Shown piece after piece: positions 36,539 through 47,177 of a DNA stretch of 53,316 nucleotides. This stretch comes from Verrucomicrobium spinosum (GTDB lineage: Bacteria; Verrucomicrobiota; Verrucomicrobiia; JADLBR01; JAIBCM01). Location: positions 1 through 53,316 of the forward strand of contig DYRQ01000006.1 of assembly GCA_020718645.1 (NCBI GenBank), read 5' to 3'. Each line of letters begins with the position of its first letter. Position 1 is the first letter of the stretch. Position numbers and translations under genes: made by a program. The notes beneath the pieces are model-generated. The model saw only the letters and a program-made list of their open reading frames with translations. It was not told the origin of the DNA and ran no database searches.

Positions 36539-36919
36539 ATGCACATCCGGCGCCTCCTCCACACACGCTACCGCGTGGACGACCTCGATAAAACCATCGC
36601 CTTTTACCGCGATGTCCTTGGCCTGACTGAAACCCGACGCAGTGAATCTCCTCGCGGCTCAAAACTGGTCTTTTTCAAAGCCCCCGGCAGCGACCATGAA
36701 ATTGAAATCTCTTACTTCCCGGGCAGCGGCCCAGTCATTGTCCAAGCTGACCTCACCCACCTAGCTTTCGAGGTGGACGATCTCGCCGCCTTCGCCAAGC
36801 ATGCTGAGTCGCTCGGCTACCCGCTCACCGATGGCCCCACGAATACTTCTTCTGGTCACATCATCGGATTCATTGACGCACCTGAAGGCTACGAAATCGA
36901 ACTCATCCAGCGCCACTAA
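36539..36919 (+). CDS. gloA: VOC family protein, lactoylglutathione lyase (glyoxalase I)-like
   Basis: LLHTRYRVDDLDKTIAFYRDVLG, THLAFEVDDL, FIDAPEGYEIELI. Confidence 0.82.
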   Translation: MHIRRLLHTRYRVDDLDKTIAFYRDVLGLTETRRSESPRGSKLVFFKAPGSDHEIEISYFPGSGPVIVQADLTHLAFEVDDLAAFAKHAESLGYPLTDGPTNTSSGHIIGFIDAPEGYEIELIQRH

Positions 36920-36937
36920 CCCGCGCACTCCATTCCC

Positions 36938-37591
36938 ATGCCACTCCCCACCATCATCGCCCCATCTCTGCTGGCCGCTGATCCCTCGGACTTGACCGCT
37001 GCCTGTCGCACTTGCGAGGCTGCTGGCGCCCCGTGGCTCCATGTGGATGTCATGGACGGACACTTCGTCCCCAACCTCACCTTCGGCCCCCACATCGTCG
37101 AAGCCTTGCGCAAAAAAACTTCGATGGTGCTCGATGTCCACCTCATGCTCCAGCACCCCGACCGCTTTGTGACACCGTTCATCCAAGCAGGAGCAGACAT
37201 TGTCACCGTCCATGTCGAAGCCGATCACGACCTCTCTGCCACACTCCGCGACATCCGCGCCCGTGGTGCCAAAGCCGGCTTGGCCATCAACCCGCCTACC
37301 CCGTTTTCCCATGTCGTCCCTTACTTGGATCAGATTGACCTCCTGCTCTGCATGACCGTTAACCCCGGTTTTGGCGGGCAGAGTTTCATCCCGGAAGTTT
37401 TGGAAAAAACACGCGAAGCCCAGCAGATACGCGAACGCGCAGGACTCTCTTTTCACATCGAAGTGGACGGCGGTGTCAACCCTGCCAACGCCGCCGCGTG
37501 CCGCGAGGCCGGGGTCAATGTCCTCGTCGCTGGCACTTCATTTTTCAAATCTGCCCAACCCCAGGAAACCCTGCGGACGCTGATGAGCTAA
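36938..37591 (+). CDS. rpe: Ribulose-phosphate 3-epimerase
   Basis: [48 protein letters not shown]. Confidence 0.97.
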   Translation: MPLPTIIAPSLLAADPSDLTAACRTCEAAGAPWLHVDVMDGHFVPNLTFGPHIVEALRKKTSMVLDVHLMLQHPDRFVTPFIQAGADIVTVHVEADHDLSATLRDIRARGAKAGLAINPPTPFSHVVPYLDQIDLLLCMTVNPGFGGQSFIPEVLEKTREAQQIRERAGLSFHIEVDGGVNPANAAACREAGVNVLVAGTSFFKSAQPQETLRTLMS

Positions 37592-37680
37592 CGCTCCGGG
37601 CCTTCCCTGATCTCGAGAAAATCTTGCCCTTCCCGCCTCGCGGCGCAACAATCAACCCAACACCCAACAGGAGTTTTTTT

Positions 37681-39324
37681 ATGGACATACCCGCTTTCGA
37701 ATACCAAGAACCCTTCCCCCTCGGCCCCGATGAAACCCAATACAGGCTCGTCTCCCAAGACGGTGTCTCCACCGCTTCGTTCGAGGGTCAAGAGCTGCTC
37801 AAAATCGAACCCTCCGCCATCGCCCTCCTCGCCAATGCCGCCATGCGCGATGTCTCCTTCCTGCTCCGCCCAGCGCATCTCAAACAGGTAGCTGCCATCC
37901 TCCACGATCCCGAGGCTAGCGCCAACGATCGCGGCGTGGCCTTGGCCATGCTCAAAAACGCCGAAGTGGCCGCCCGTGGCATCCTCCCCTTCTGCCAGGA
38001 CACCGGCACTGCCACCGTCGTCGCCAAGAAAGGCCAAAAAGTCTGGACCGGTTGCTGCGACGAGGAGGAAATCTCCCGTGGTATCTACAAGACTTACACC
38101 GAAGAAAACTTGCGCTACTCCCAGACCGCCGCGCTCGATATGTATGAGGAGGTCAACACCGGCTGCAACCTACCAGCCCAGATTGACCTCTACGCCACCA
38201 AGGGCGATGAATACAAATTCCTCTTCGTCGCCAAGGGCGGTGGCTCTGCCAACAAAACCTACCTCTACCAAGAGACCAAAGCTCTCCTGAACCCGACCAG
38301 CCTCGAAAAATTCCTCACGGAAAAAATGCTCACCTTGGGCACCGCGGCCTGCCCCCCCTACCACCTCGTCTTCGTCATCGGCGGCACTTCCGCTGAAGCC
38401 TGCCTCAAGACGGTCAAACTCGCTTCCACCAAATACCTCGACAGCCTCCCCACCACAGGCAACAAAGCGGGGCGCGCCTTCCGCGATATTGAGATGGAAC
38501 AAAAAGTTCTCGCGGCTGCCCAGAAATGTGGTTTTGGCGCACAGTTCGGTGGCAAATATTACGCTCTCGATGTCCGCATCGTGCGCCTCCCACGCCACGG
38601 CGCCTCGTGCCCCGTTGGCATGGGCGTTTCCTGCTCGGCCGACCGCAATATCAAAGCCAAAATCAACAAAGACGGTCTCTGGGTCGAAGTGCTCGAAACC
38701 AACCCCGGCCAATATATCCCCGAGAAATATCGCGCCGTCACCGCAGACCATGGTGTGGTGAAAATTGACCTCAACCAGCCCATGTCCGAGATCCTTGCGG
38801 AACTCTCCAGACACCCCGTCACCACGCGCCTCTCGCTCAAGGGCACCATCGTTGTCGCCCGCGACATCGCCCACGCTAAACTCAAAGAGCGCGTGGACCA
38901 AGGTCTCGGCTTGCCCGACTATTTCAAAAATCATCCAGTCTATTACGCCGGCCCGGCCAAGACTCCCAAGGGTCTGCCCTCCGGCTCCTTCGGCCCCACC
39001 ACAGCAGGTCGCATGGATTCGTATGTGAACTTGTTCCAGTCTCTCGGAGGCTCGATGGTCATGATCGCCAAAGGTAACCGCAGTCAGGCGGTCACTGATG
39101 CGTGCAAAAAATTCGGCGGATTCTACCTCGGTTCCATCGGTGGTCCCGCCGCCATCCTCGCCCAAGATAACATCAAAAAAGTCGAGGTTCTCGAATACCC
39201 TGAACTCGGCATGGAAGCCGTCTGGAAAATTGAGGTGGAGGATTTTCCTGCCTTCATTCTCGTGGACAACAAGGGCAACGATTTCTTCCAGCAGATCGCC
39301 TCGTGCGCGAGCTGCGCTCATTGA
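37681..39324 (+). CDS. fumA: Class I (Fe-S) fumarate hydratase
   Basis: [52 protein letters not shown]; AGGAG upstream of ATG 37681. Confidence 0.93.
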   Translation: MDIPAFEYQEPFPLGPDETQYRLVSQDGVSTASFEGQELLKIEPSAIALLANAAMRDVSFLLRPAHLKQVAAILHDPEASANDRGVALAMLKNAEVAARGILPFCQDTGTATVVAKKGQKVWTGCCDEEEISRGIYKTYTEENLRYSQTAALDMYEEVNTGCNLPAQIDLYATKGDEYKFLFVAKGGGSANKTYLYQETKALLNPTSLEKFLTEKMLTLGTAACPPYHLVFVIGGTSAEACLKTVKLASTKYLDSLPTTGNKAGRAFRDIEMEQKVLAAAQKCGFGAQFGGKYYALDVRIVRLPRHGASCPVGMGVSCSADRNIKAKINKDGLWVEVLETNPGQYIPEKYRAVTADHGVVKIDLNQPMSEILAELSRHPVTTRLSLKGTIVVARDIAHAKLKERVDQGLGLPDYFKNHPVYYAGPAKTPKGLPSGSFGPTTAGRMDSYVNLFQSLGGSMVMIAKGNRSQAVTDACKKFGGFYLGSIGGPAAILAQDNIKKVEVLEYPELGMEAVWKIEVEDFPAFILVDNKGNDFFQQIASCASCAH

Positions 39325-39344
39325 CCGCAGAGCACCCCATAAAT

Positions 39345-40526
39345 ATGCGCTACCGCCGTTTTAGAAAAACTGGGCTCCAGATGCCCGTGTTCACCTGCGG
39401 TGGTATGCGCTACCAGCAGAGTTGGCAGGATATGGACCCGGCCACCATCCCCGCCGAGAACCAGGCCAATCTGGAAGCTACGATCCTCCGTGCGCTCGAG
39501 CTGGGCATCAACCACATCGAGACGGCGCGAGGCTACGGCACCTCGGAGATCCAGCTCGGCAAACTCTTGCCCACGCTCCCCCGTGACAAGATGATCGTGC
39601 AGACCAAAGTCGGCCCGTGCGACACCGCTGCTGAGTTTTTGAAAACTTGCGACCTCTCGCTGCGCAACCTCGGCCTCGAGTTCGTGGATCTGCTGTCCAT
39701 CCACGGTATCAACGACGAGAAAACCTACTGGCAAGCCATGCGCCCCGGCGGTTGTTTGGAAGCAGCACGCCAACTCCAGGCCCAAGGACGCGCCCGCCAC
39801 ATCGGCTTCTCCTCACACGGTTCCTGCTACCAGATCCAGCGCGCCATCGAGTCCGGCGGCTTCGATTATGTGAACCTCCACTGGTATTTCGTGAACCACC
39901 TGAACTGGCCAGCCGTCGTAGCGGCACACAAGCTCGACATGGGCGTGTTCATCATCAGCCCCAACGACAAAGGCGGCAAACTCTACGCGCCACCCGACAA
40001 GCTGCGACAGCTCTGCGAGCCTCTCAGCCCGATGGCTTTCAATAACCTCTACTGCCTCTCCCGCCCCGAGGTTCATACCCTCAGCGTCGGCGCTGCCCGA
40101 CCCTCTGATTTCGACGAACACGATTGCTCGCTCGAGCACTACGATCGCGCCGCTGAAATCATCGCCCCTGTGGAAGCCCGTCTGCGCGACGCCATGACCT
40201 CCTCTCTCGGTGCTGATTGGTGTGCTCGGTGGGATGAAGGTTTGCCCGAATTCTGGGACATTCCCGGCGATATCAATGTCAAAGAAATCTGCCGCCTATG
40301 GACCTACGCCAAGGGTCTCGACCTAGTGGATTTCGGCAAGATGCGCTACAATTTACTCGGCACAGCCGGGCACTGGTTCCCCGGTCAGAAAGCCGCGAGC
40401 TTCGACAGCACAGCCATCGTGCAAGCCTGCTCCGGCAGCCCCTTCGCAGACCGTCTGCCCGACATCCTGCGCGAAGCGCACTCTCTCCTCGACGACGCTC
40501 CCAAAAAACGGCTGAGCCAATCCTGA
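39345..40526 (+). CDS. Aldo/keto reductase family protein
   Basis: MRYRRFRKTG, GINHIETARGYGTSE, QTKV, HIGFSSHG; start moved to 39345. Confidence 0.9.
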   Translation: MRYRRFRKTGLQMPVFTCGGMRYQQSWQDMDPATIPAENQANLEATILRALELGINHIETARGYGTSEIQLGKLLPTLPRDKMIVQTKVGPCDTAAEFLKTCDLSLRNLGLEFVDLLSIHGINDEKTYWQAMRPGGCLEAARQLQAQGRARHIGFSSHGSCYQIQRAIESGGFDYVNLHWYFVNHLNWPAVVAAHKLDMGVFIISPNDKGGKLYAPPDKLRQLCEPLSPMAFNNLYCLSRPEVHTLSVGAARPSDFDEHDCSLEHYDRAAEIIAPVEARLRDAMTSSLGADWCARWDEGLPEFWDIPGDINVKEICRLWTYAKGLDLVDFGKMRYNLLGTAGHWFPGQKAASFDSTAIVQACSGSPFADRLPDILREAHSLLDDAPKKRLSQS

Positions 40527-40556
40527 TTATTCTGGCACGCTCCCAGCCGAAACAAA

Positions 40557-42629
40557 TTACGGTTTTGGACGGGCTCGTTTGCGATTTTTGACTGTGCTTT
40601 TCGGCGACTGATAACGAACTGGTTTTCCGCCTTTTTCCAAAAGAGGCTCCATGCCAGCACCTCGCTTGACCTCGAGTATCTGGTCGCGAAGCAACGCGGC
40701 TTTCTCGAATTCGAGACCGGACGACGCTTCTATCATCTCCTTCTCCAACTCGACCAAAAGTGCGGCGGCATCAAAATTATCACCATGCTGCCCAGCGATT
40801 TTTTCCTCCACCTCTCGCCCGCGAACTATGGTGTGCAAAGACTCTTGCTCGGCGCGTTTGACGCTCTGCGGGGTGATGCCGTGCTCAAGGTTGTGAGCCG
40901 CTTGCTTGGCACGACGGCGCTCTGTGGTTTCTAACAAGACTTTGATCGAATCGGTCATCTGATCCGCGTAGAGAATAACTTCGCCGTTGATATGTCGTGC
41001 GGCGCGGCCCGCTGTCTGAATCAAGGATGTGGCCGAACGCAGAAAACCCTCTTTGTCGGCATCGAGGATCGCGACCAGCGAAACCTCGGGCAGGTCGAGT
41101 CCTTCGCGCAGAAGATTGATCCCCACGAGCACATCGCATAGCCCCGAGCGCAGACCCCGCAAAATTTCGACACGCTCGATAGCGTCAATCTCCGAGTGCA
41201 GGTATTGCACGCGGATGCCTGTCTCGCGCAAGTAATCAGCCAAATCCTCCGCCGTGCGTTTGGTGAGCGTAGTCACCAAAACACGCTCTCCGACAGTCAC
41301 CCGTTTTTTCGCTTGTTCGATCAAATCATCAATCTGACCGCGCAGAGGCTTGATGGTGATCACCGGATCCATCAGGCCCGTGGGCCGGATGATCTGTTCA
41401 ACCGCTTTACCCCCCACGAGATTCATCTCGTAAGGCGTGGGTGTGGCCGAGACAAAAATTAGCTGGGGCGCGAGTGTGTTAAACTCCTCCGCATTGAGCG
41501 GGCGGTTATCCAGCGCGCTGGGCAAACGGAATCCGTGCTCCACCAGCACCGTTTTGCGTGCACGATCCCCATGATACATGCCCCGAATCTGCGGCATCGT
41601 GACATGCGATTCGTCTATAAACCACAGTGCGTCGTCCGGAAAAAAGTCGAGCAAACAGTAAGGCCGCGAACCGGGCTCCCTGCCCGTGAGATGGCGGGAA
41701 TAATTTTCAATACCCGTGCAAAAACCCACCTCTTGCAGCATCTCGAGATCGTATTCGGTGCGCTGTTTGATCCGCTGCGCCTCGAGCAGTTTTCCGAGTT
41801 TTTCAAACTCGCCCACCCGCAGCTCCATCTCCGTGCGAATCCCCGCCAGCGCCCTGCGAATTTTATCCGCAGGAGTCACGAAATGCCGAGCCGGCGTGAG
41901 ATTATATTTTTGGTAATCGGCCAAAGTATCGCCCGTGAGCGGATCAAACCGGGTGAGCCTCTCGATCTCGTCTCCAAAAAATTCGAGGCGCAAACCATCC
42001 TCGGAATCTGCTGGCCAAATTTCCACTACATCCCCGCGCACACGAAACTTACCGCGATCCGGTGCAATGTCGTTGCGCTCGTATTGCATGTCCACCAGCT
42101 TGGTCAAGACCATCTCCCTCTGCACCCGCATGCCGCGCTCGATCGGGAATAGCATGTTATAAAAATCCTCGGGGGAACCGAGCCCGTAGATACACGACAC
42201 GCTGGCCACTACGACAACATCCCGCCTCGAGAGCAGCGATGCCGTGGCCGAGAGACGCAGACGCTCGATCTCATCGTTGATGGCCGAATCTTTTTCGATG
42301 TAAGTATCGCTCTGGGGAATGTAGGCCTCGGGCTGATAATAATCGAAGTAGCTAACGAAATATTCTACCGCGTTATTCGGGAAAAATTGTTTGAATTCGC
42401 TGTAGAGCTGCGCGGCCAAGGTCTTGTTGTGGGACATCACTAGCGCGGGGCGACCCGAGCGAGCCATGACATTGGCCATCGTAAAAGTTTTACCCGAACC
42501 CGTGACTCCCAACAGCACTTGGTGTTTATCCCCTCGCACCACACCTTGCGTGAGCGCTTCAATAGCTTGCGGTTGGTCGCCCAACGGCGGGAAGCTGGAG
42601 CACAGTTCAAAATCCATCGCACCAGTCAT
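40557..42629 (-). CDS. uvrB: Excinuclease ABC subunit B
   Basis: [61 protein letters not shown]-terminal UVR domain. Confidence 0.98.
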   Translation of the reverse strand: MTGAMDFELCSSFPPLGDQPQAIEALTQGVVRGDKHQVLLGVTGSGKTFTMANVMARSGRPALVMSHNKTLAAQLYSEFKQFFPNNAVEYFVSYFDYYQPEAYIPQSDTYIEKDSAINDEIERLRLSATASLLSRRDVVVVASVSCIYGLGSPEDFYNMLFPIERGMRVQREMVLTKLVDMQYERNDIAPDRGKFRVRGDVVEIWPADSEDGLRLEFFGDEIERLTRFDPLTGDTLADYQKYNLTPARHFVTPADKIRRALAGIRTEMELRVGEFEKLGKLLEAQRIKQRTEYDLEMLQEVGFCTGIENYSRHLTGREPGSRPYCLLDFFPDDALWFIDESHVTMPQIRGMYHGDRARKTVLVEHGFRLPSALDNRPLNAEEFNTLAPQLIFVSATPTPYEMNLVGGKAVEQIIRPTGLMDPVITIKPLRGQIDDLIEQAKKRVTVGERVLVTTLTKRTAEDLADYLRETGIRVQYLHSEIDAIERVEILRGLRSGLCDVLVGINLLREGLDLPEVSLVAILDADKEGFLRSATSLIQTAGRAARHINGEVILYADQMTDSIKVLLETTERRRAKQAAHNLEHGITPQSVKRAEQESLHTIVRGREVEEKIAGQHGDNFDAAALLVELEKEMIEASSGLEFEKAALLRDQILEVKRGAGMEPLLEKGGKPVRYQSPKSTVKNRKRARPKP

Positions 42630-42691
42630 AGGGCAAGATCAACTTGGGAGCAAACTAGGAGATGATTAACAACAACAAGACTCACATTCCC

Positions 42692-43216
42692 TCAGCCCTG
42701 TGCCATCTGCGCGTAGAGCCACAGAAGGTCGGCGAGGCGATTCAAGTAGCGCACGATTTCAGGATTCTCCTCGCGGCATTCCTCACCCAAAAATATAATT
42801 TCTCTCTCGGCACGCCTGCAAGTCGTGCGAGCTAGATGCAGGGCTGCCGAGGCTGCGGTGGCACCCGGCGTATCCCAACCCTCGCAGGTCACCCCTCCCA
42901 GCTCGATCGCCTCAACCAGAGAACCCAGCCGATCCACCATTGCGGTGGTGACCAGCAGGAAACCTTTGGACACATATTTGTCGCGGTCGTCAGGGTGCGT
43001 GGCCAACTCGCCCATGAGCACGACCAGCTCTTTCTGGATGCGGTAAAGTTCCTCGGCCCAGAGCGAACCCACCCCGTGGGAACGAGCCAGACCGATGGCG
43101 GCATTCAGCTCGTCCACTGCCCCGTAGGCGCAGACACGAGGCTCCGTCTTGGATACACGGCGGTTGAACATGAGGCCGGTTGTGCCGGCATCCCCTGTTT
43201 TGGTGGCGATGGACAT
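42692..43216 (-). CDS. pduO: Cob(I)alamin adenosyltransferase, PduO type
   Basis: IATKTGDAGTT, RVSK, YGAVDELNAAIG, LHLARTTCRRAER, YLNRLADLL. Confidence 0.9.
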   Translation of the reverse strand: MSIATKTGDAGTTGLMFNRRVSKTEPRVCAYGAVDELNAAIGLARSHGVGSLWAEELYRIQKELVVLMGELATHPDDRDKYVSKGFLLVTTAMVDRLGSLVEAIELGGVTCEGWDTPGATAASAALHLARTTCRRAEREIIFLGEECREENPEIVRYLNRLADLLWLYAQMAQG

Positions 43217-43252
43217 GGGACTCACGCTAGTCTATTTTCGATTTCTTGCATC

Positions 43253-44359
43253 ATGAAAAATCGCATCCACTACGCTGCCAGTGAACACGACCCCGACATG
43301 CTCTACGCCACTCGCTTTTTTGCGCCTGACCCTTTCCTCTGGTTTCAAAAAGGCCGCCGCACCACGGTTATCCTCTCCGACCTCGAGGTAGATCGCGGCA
43401 AAGCCACGGCCCAGTGTGATGCCGTGCTATCACTCAGCGAGGAGTGCAAACGGCACGGCTGCACGGCGGGTCAGACGGCGAAATGGATAGCTGCCGCGCT
43501 CAAGAGCCGTAAGATTATCGAGGCCGAGGTCCCACCGCATTTTCCTCTGGGTCTAGCCCAAGAACTCGGTCGGCTCGGCATCAAACTGACACCGGCCAAA
43601 GGTTCGTTTTTTCCTGAGCGCGAAATCAAATCACCCGATGAGATAGCCCTCATCACAGCCGCTCAGCGCGTGGCTGAAATTGGCATCACCCGGGTCCGCG
43701 AAATTTTATCTGCTTCGTCTATTGCAAAAAATAGAACCCTCACATGGTGTGGCAGCACCCTGACCTCCGAGCGGCTCCAGGGCGAGATCAACGCCGCCAT
43801 CGCCCTCTCGGGTGGTTGCGCCTCTGGCACCATCGTAGCTGGTGGCGAACAAGCCTGCGACCCGCACGAACGGGGCAGTGGACCTCTCCGCGCCAGTGAA
43901 GCGATCATCGTGGATGTATTCCCGCGCATGAACAAAACGGGTTACTGGGGCGACATCACCCGCTCGTTTATCAAAGGCACCCCCAGCACCGCGCTGGCCC
44001 ATCTCTACCACACCGTTCTGGCCGAACAACGCCGCGCTTTGAAAGAATTGAAAGCCGGCGTGGACGGCTCCCTTTACGAAAAAGAACTCCGCGCCCGTTT
44101 CGAGTCGGCAGGTTATCCCACAGGTGAAAAGGACGGACGCCGCGTCGGTTTTTTCCACGGGCTCGGACATGGGGTCGGTCTAGAAATCCATGAGAAACCG
44201 CGCATCTCCGCAGGGAAACTCAAGGACGGACAAGTGATCTCGGTGGAGCCGGGCCTTTATTGTCCCGGCCTCGGCGGGGTGCGGGTCGAAGATCTCGTGG
44301 CCGTGGAAAAGGGGCGCATTCGCAACCTCACTAAACTCCCTAAAGACTGGGTGTTATAA
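43253..44359 (+). CDS. Xaa-Pro aminopeptidase (M24 family)
   Basis: IIVDVFP, YWGDITR, FFHGLGHGVGLEIHEKP, SVEPGLY, GVRVED. Confidence 0.93.
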   Translation: MKNRIHYAASEHDPDMLYATRFFAPDPFLWFQKGRRTTVILSDLEVDRGKATAQCDAVLSLSEECKRHGCTAGQTAKWIAAALKSRKIIEAEVPPHFPLGLAQELGRLGIKLTPAKGSFFPEREIKSPDEIALITAAQRVAEIGITRVREILSASSIAKNRTLTWCGSTLTSERLQGEINAAIALSGGCASGTIVAGGEQACDPHERGSGPLRASEAIIVDVFPRMNKTGYWGDITRSFIKGTPSTALAHLYHTVLAEQRRALKELKAGVDGSLYEKELRARFESAGYPTGEKDGRRVGFFHGLGHGVGLEIHEKPRISAGKLKDGQVISVEPGLYCPGLGGVRVEDLVAVEKGRIRNLTKLPKDWVL

Positions 44360-44379
44360 AAAATCGGCAGCAGGCACCC

Positions 44380-44407
44380 TTGCGTCCTCGCCGCCGTGTG
44401 GCATATT
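44380..44407 (+). promoter_or_regulatory. Putative htpX promoter
   Basis: TTGCGT (44380-44385), 16 nt, CATATT (44402-44407). Confidence 0.4.
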
Positions 44408-44443
44408 GCTCACGCACAAAAAACGAAAACTGGAGGTAACATT

Positions 44444-45337
44444 ATGAAAAGAGTCATTCTATTTATTGCAACCAACTTGGCGGTGATGCTCGTGCTATCG
44501 CTGACGACCAGCTTGCTCGGGTTCAACCGCTTCATCGAAGGCAACGGCCTGAATATGGGCGCGCTGCTCGGCTTTGCTGCCGTGTTCGGTTTCCTGGGCA
44601 GTTTCATCTCGCTCTGGATGTCCAAGTGGATCGCCAAGACTGCCTACAATATCCAAATCATCGAAAGCCCGAGGAGCGAGGCCGAACGCTGGCTGTTTGA
44701 GACCATACAGGAACAGGCTAAAATCGCCGAGATACCGATGCCAGAAGTCGGCGTTTATGATAGCCCCGAGGCCAACGCTTTCGCCACCGGCCCCTCGCGC
44801 AACAACGCGCTGGTGGCTGTCAGCAGCGGGCTCCTCAGCAGCATGCGCAAACGCGAAGTCGAGGGCGTGCTCGCCCACGAGATCGCCCACATCGCCAATG
44901 GGGACATGGTCACTATGACCCTGCTGCAAGGCGTGCTCAACACCTTCGTGATATTCATCTCGAGAGTGGTAGGCTTCGTCATAGACCGCGCCATTTCCAA
45001 GAACGATGACGAGCGCTCTGGCGTTGGGTTCGGCTATTACATCGCTGTGTTCGTGTGCGAAATCGTCTTTGGCATGCTGGCCAGCATGGTGGTCATGTGG
45101 CACTCGCGCCGACGCGAGTTCAGCGCAGACGCCGATGCCGCCCGCATCTGGGGCCGCGACCCGATACGCGATGCGCTGGTGCGCTTGAAAGAAATCACCG
45201 AAAACGGCGGTGTGCTGGACGATCGCTCCAAGGCGCTCGCCGCTTTCAAAATCAACCATCCCGGCGGCTGGATGAAAGCCTTCGCCTCGCACCCTCCGCT
45301 TGAGGAACGCATCGAGGCTTTGAACAAAATGCAATGA
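44444..45337 (+). CDS. htpX: Zinc metalloprotease HtpX (M48)
   Basis: PEANAFATG, VLAHEIAHIANGDMVTMTLLQG, SRRREFSAD, FASHPPLEERI; GGAGG SD. Confidence 0.96.
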   Translation: MKRVILFIATNLAVMLVLSLTTSLLGFNRFIEGNGLNMGALLGFAAVFGFLGSFISLWMSKWIAKTAYNIQIIESPRSEAERWLFETIQEQAKIAEIPMPEVGVYDSPEANAFATGPSRNNALVAVSSGLLSSMRKREVEGVLAHEIAHIANGDMVTMTLLQGVLNTFVIFISRVVGFVIDRAISKNDDERSGVGFGYYIAVFVCEIVFGMLASMVVMWHSRRREFSADADAARIWGRDPIRDALVRLKEITENGGVLDDRSKALAAFKINHPGGWMKAFASHPPLEERIEALNKMQ

Positions 45338-45364
45338 CCTAGCACTAGCTTGGCACAGGCATGG

Positions 45365-45394
45365 AAACCGCGCCCAACAAGGTGCGGTTTTTTT
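45365..45394 (+). terminator. Intrinsic terminator after htpX
   Basis: Stem aaaccgcgcc / ggtgcggttt (one G-U pair), loop caacaa, followed by a T-run. Confidence 0.8.
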
Positions 45395-45469
45395 ATGTCT
45401 AGCGTGGCTTGGGATGAGGTAGTCGAAAAGGGTCTCACGCGTGTGAGGACGCCTTTCGCAACGGGGCGA

Positions 45470-45868
45470 TTACAACATCGCCATGGGCAAGACAGCCACA
45501 GCCTCGATCTCGACCCGAGCACCTTTGGGCAACGCGGCTACTTGCACAGTGCTGCGAGCAGGGGAGTCTCCCATGCCAAAATATTCCGCGTAGATCGCGT
45601 TCATCGCAGGAAAATCAGCGAGGTCGGTCATGAACACCGTGGTTTTCACGACATCGCGCAGTGAGGCCCCTGATGCCTCGAGCACAGCACGCAGGTTTTC
45701 CATGACACGGCGAGTTTGCATGGCCGTGTCGCCCGTTACCAAGTCGCCCGTGACAGGGTCGAGCGGTATTTGTCCTGCTAGGAAAACGAAACCGTTGGCG
45801 ATGACAGCTTGTGAGTAAGGCCCCACAGGAGCGGGCGCTGATGGTGAGAGGACGACATGCTTGGCCAT
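45470..45868 (-). CDS. ridA: RidA family enamine/imine deaminase
   Basis: APAPVGPYSQA, FLAGQIP, VVKTTVF, PARSTVQVAALPKGARVEIEA. Confidence 0.93.
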   Translation of the reverse strand: MAKHVVLSPSAPAPVGPYSQAVIANGFVFLAGQIPLDPVTGDLVTGDTAMQTRRVMENLRAVLEASGASLRDVVKTTVFMTDLADFPAMNAIYAEYFGMGDSPARSTVQVAALPKGARVEIEAVAVLPMAML

Positions 45869-46041
45869 AGGCTCGAATCTAGCAGCCTCCCGTCTGGCAA
45901 GTCAAAGCCCGTCTTGCCCCCCCCTTGGGGCTCGTCTCCCTCTTCTGCACCGAGTTCATCCGCCCTGCCTTTTGGTCATGTTCGTATTTGCCTCTGCTTG
46001 TTATTGCCGTTACTTTCGCTGTGATTTCAAAATACACGCCC

Positions 46042-47175
46042 ATGAAAAACGACCCTGATACCCAACTGCTGCAAGAGAAAATCTGGCGGGCGGCGCTGAC
46101 GGCTCTCAGCATCGCCACCCTCTGCACCGTGCTGGGTGCCTTGGCATGGTTGCTGGTGCAGGTCGCCGTTTTTTTTAAACCCATCCTGCTGCCCGTCTGC
46201 ATCGCCGCAGTGGTGGCCTACCTGTGCGAACCGGCCATCCATTTTCTTGAACACAAAAAAATTTCCCGCCCCTGGGGCGTAGCTCTCCTATTCGTCGCTG
46301 GCGGAGCGCTGCTCCTGACCTTTCTTGGACTAGCCGTGCCGAGAGCGATCGAGGAGGCCAGCGCTCTCAGCCGGACAGCTCCGGTGCTCTGGGAGCGCGC
46401 CTCGCAGATGGTCACCGACTATTACCTGCGAATCGGCGTGAGTATGAAAACCCACCCCGAATGGTTGGGACGCGCACAGGAATTTGCGGGCGCGAATGGC
46501 CCTAAAATGCTTTCTGCCCTCGGGGGTTGGGTGCTGCGCGGGGTGCAGAGTTTGCCCGCCTGGCTCTCGCTCGTTTTCGGGTTAGCCTTGGTGCCACTCT
46601 ATGTTTTCTACATGCTCGTGGAGCGTCACTCGATCGAGGCTAACTGGAAAAACTACATTCCCCTGCGCAAAGAGTGGTTCCGCGAAGAGATCACACACTT
46701 GATCGAAGAAATCAACCGCTACCTGATCGTCTTCTTCCGCGGCCAAGTGTTTGTGAGCGCCTGCATCGGTGCCCTGACAGCCGTGGGATTATGGGCGATC
46801 GGCATGGATTTCGCTCTTTTGCTCGGAGTGTTGACTGGCGTGCTCAGCATCGTGCCCTACTTGGGCATTGCGCTCAGCCTGCTCCCCACACTCCTCATGG
46901 CTTATTTGCAGACGCAAGGATGGGAATTGCCAGCCATGGCTCTCGGCGTGTTTGGGCTCACGCAGATGATCGAAGGTTTTTTTATCACACCCAAAATCAT
47001 GGGAGAGCGTGTGGGTCTGCACCCTCTCACCATCGTGCTCGCTATTTTGGTATGGGGACAGATCCTTGGTGGGCTCCTCGGAGCGGTGCTCGCTATCCCG
47101 CTGACAGCTACTCTGAAAGTGCTCTTTTTCCGCTATATCCTGCCCCATCCCCAAGCAGCAGAAACCAACGGCTGA
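46042..47175 (+). CDS. AI-2E family transporter (UPF0118)
   Basis: Multi-TM; FFRGQV, LSIVPYLG, PKIMGERVGLHP, GLLGAVLAIP; start moved to 46042. Confidence 0.9.
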   Translation: MKNDPDTQLLQEKIWRAALTALSIATLCTVLGALAWLLVQVAVFFKPILLPVCIAAVVAYLCEPAIHFLEHKKISRPWGVALLFVAGGALLLTFLGLAVPRAIEEASALSRTAPVLWERASQMVTDYYLRIGVSMKTHPEWLGRAQEFAGANGPKMLSALGGWVLRGVQSLPAWLSLVFGLALVPLYVFYMLVERHSIEANWKNYIPLRKEWFREEITHLIEEINRYLIVFFRGQVFVSACIGALTAVGLWAIGMDFALLLGVLTGVLSIVPYLGIALSLLPTLLMAYLQTQGWELPAMALGVFGLTQMIEGFFITPKIMGERVGLHPLTIVLAILVWGQILGGLLGAVLAIPLTATLKVLFFRYILPHPQAAETNG

Positions 47176-47177
47176 GA

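Noticed and set aside
38170-39321. Long antisense ORFs opposite fumarase (similar ones oppose htpX 44495-45334, carA 49854-50825 and the coiled-coil gene 34604-35377)
   Set aside because: Mirror-frame artefacts of biased codon usage; no recognisable protein features.
44360-44443. CIRCE/HrcA operator upstream of htpX
   Set aside because: No TTAGCACTC-N9-GAGTGCTAA match.
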